Positions 63,115-64,000 of a DNA stretch of 64,000 nt are shown here, one piece after another (position 1 is the stretch's first letter; each line of letters begins with the position of its first letter). The notes under the pieces were generated by a model. That model worked only from the letters and a program-made list of their open reading frames with translations. It searched no databases and was not told the origin of the DNA. Made by a program: the position numbers and the translations under genes. This DNA comes from Paludibacteraceae bacterium (GTDB lineage: Bacteria > Bacteroidota > Bacteroidia > Bacteroidales > Paludibacteraceae): NCBI GenBank assembly GCA_024401535.1, contig JAKSKX010000005.1, forward strand, positions 85,558 through 149,557, written 5' to 3'.

Positions 63115-63149
63115 AAAAGGAATGAGGCATTTTGCTTCATTCCTTTTTT
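63115..63149 (+). terminator. Rho-independent terminator after dnaE
   Basis: AAAAGGAATGAGGC attt(t) GCTTCATTCCTTTT, running into a U6 tract. Confidence 0.8.
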
Positions 63150-63299
63150 ATGCCTGAAATGGTATTTGTTGGTAGCTTCCCAATATGTTTGGTATTACAA
63201 TCCCATGAAAAATCCTGAGATAAAACATAGTGAACAATCAAAGTACTTTTAGGACATTTTTGGTACACAAAAAGTGTTCTTTTGTTACGAAAAAATCCC

Positions 63300-63307
63300 T
63301 AATTTTG
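63300..63307 (+). promoter_or_regulatory. -7 promoter box TAATTTTG upstream of the TolC-like gene
   Basis: Exact TAnnTTTG match followed by CA. 37 nt upstream of the ATG at 63345. Confidence 0.5.
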
Positions 63308-63344
63308 CAATGTCAATAATAGATAGAAAAAATAGTTTAAAAAT

Positions 63345-64000
63345 ATGAAGAAGGGTTTGGTTCTGTTGACGTTATTCTTTTATGCTTTGACAAGCTGGGC
63401 TAACGAAGATGCTGTAAAGTTGTCGTTGGACAGCTGTCGCAGAATGGCAGTGCAGAATAACAAGGAAATCAAGATGTCGGATGCCAAGAAACAGAAGGCA
63501 TATTACGAAAGAAAGGCTGCTTTCACAAAGTATTTCCCAAGAGTTACTGCTACTGGAGTGTATATGTTCACTTCCAAGCAGATTGAACTGCTTTCCGATG
63601 AGCAGAAGCAGGAATTGAACACTCTTGGTTCTGGTATGACTCAGGATTTGATGCCTGTAATGCAGCAGATGATGGCGGCTTCTGCAAGCAATCCTTTGCT
63701 TGCCGGAATGATGTCGCAGATGATGCAGCAGGTAGCCCCTATGCTTCCTGCAGCGGCAAAGGGCCTTGACGCAAAGGGCTCGGCGATAGCTGAAGCAACA
63801 GAATTGGACACAAGAAATATAGGTGTGATAAATGTTATGCTTACCCAGCCAATATACATGGGTGGCAAAATCAGAGCATACAACAACATCACTAAGAGTG
63901 TGGAGGAACTGACAAACATCCAAGCCTCTGGCAAGGAAACTGATGTCGTAGTCGAGGCTGACGAGGCTTACTGGAGAGTTGTCGGACTTGTTGCCAAGAA
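63345..64000 (+). CDS. TolC-family outer-membrane efflux protein, 3'-truncated by the window edge
   Basis: Not in the ORF track because it runs off the end. My translation: MKKGLVLLTLFFYALTSWANEDAVKLSLDSCRRMAVQNNKEIK...TQPIYMGGKIRAYNN, a typical OEP N-terminus. Preceded by TAATTTTG at 63300. Confidence 0.75.
   Translation, partial: MKKGLVLLTLFFYALTSWANEDAVKLSLDSCRRMAVQNNKEIKMSDAKKQKAYYERKAAFTKYFPRVTATGVYMFTSKQIELLSDEQKQELNTLGSGMTQDLMPVMQQMMAASASNPLLAGMMSQMMQQVAPMLPAAAKGLDAKGSAIAEATELDTRNIGVINVMLTQPIYMGGKIRAYNNITKSVEELTNIQASGKETDVVVEADEAYWRVVGLVAK

Noticed and set aside
1-64000. A search for tRNA, rRNA, CRISPR arrays, transposases, integrases, toxin-antitoxin or known defence genes.
   Set aside because: I saw no T-loop-type GGTTCGAATCC-like motifs outside CDSs, no regularly spaced direct repeats and no recombinase or nuclease signature proteins. 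The window looks like core chromosome plus surface-protein genes, not a mobile or defence island.

Overview
This window reads as a chromosomal, mostly housekeeping segment of a Bacteroidota genome (Bacteroidales/Prevotella-like). The assignment rests on TAnnTTTG -7 promoter boxes, type IX secretion (T9SS) C-terminal sorting domains (CTDs), a PorP/SprF gene, a FeoA-FeoB fusion and glycine-lipid genes. I saw no rRNA, tRNA, CRISPR array, transposase, integrase or recognisable defence genes.

Gene content, left to right:
- The distal dcw (division and cell wall) cluster: ftsW (5'-truncated), murG, murC, ftsQ, ftsA, then two tandem ftsZ paralogues.
- yqeY-like gene, argH, rsfS, ftsH and an outer-membrane beta-barrel receptor.
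- A cell-surface/T9SS island: a small CTD protein, a 1027-aa repeat protein containing a >99% identical 783-bp tandem duplication, a 3266-aa adhesin-like giant with a type B CTD and its adjacent PorP/SprF gene, and a BspA-type leucine-rich-repeat (LRR) lipoprotein.
- A TolC/MacA/MacB-like efflux operon, 5-formyl-THF cyclo-ligase, dGTPase, lpxK and purine nucleoside phosphorylase.
- A long minus-strand string: glsA, glsB, a chorismatase-like gene, ccsBA, feoAB and a Cys-rich FeoB-associated peptide.
- A strongly codon-biased secreted GH5 glycanase, a Listeria-Bacteroides-repeat CTD protein, pyrE and an SRPBCC protein.
- A secreted HExxH protein plus an unknown partner, dnaE, and the start of another TolC-like gene.

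The most unusual feature is the divisome. There are two old, divergent FtsZ copies, and both carry GKGTGTG instead of the GGGTGTG tubulin signature. Their T3 and T7 loops are eroded in a reciprocal pattern. They sit next to an FtsA with degenerate phosphate-binding motifs. All calls come from reading the sequence and the ORF translations; no database search was run.
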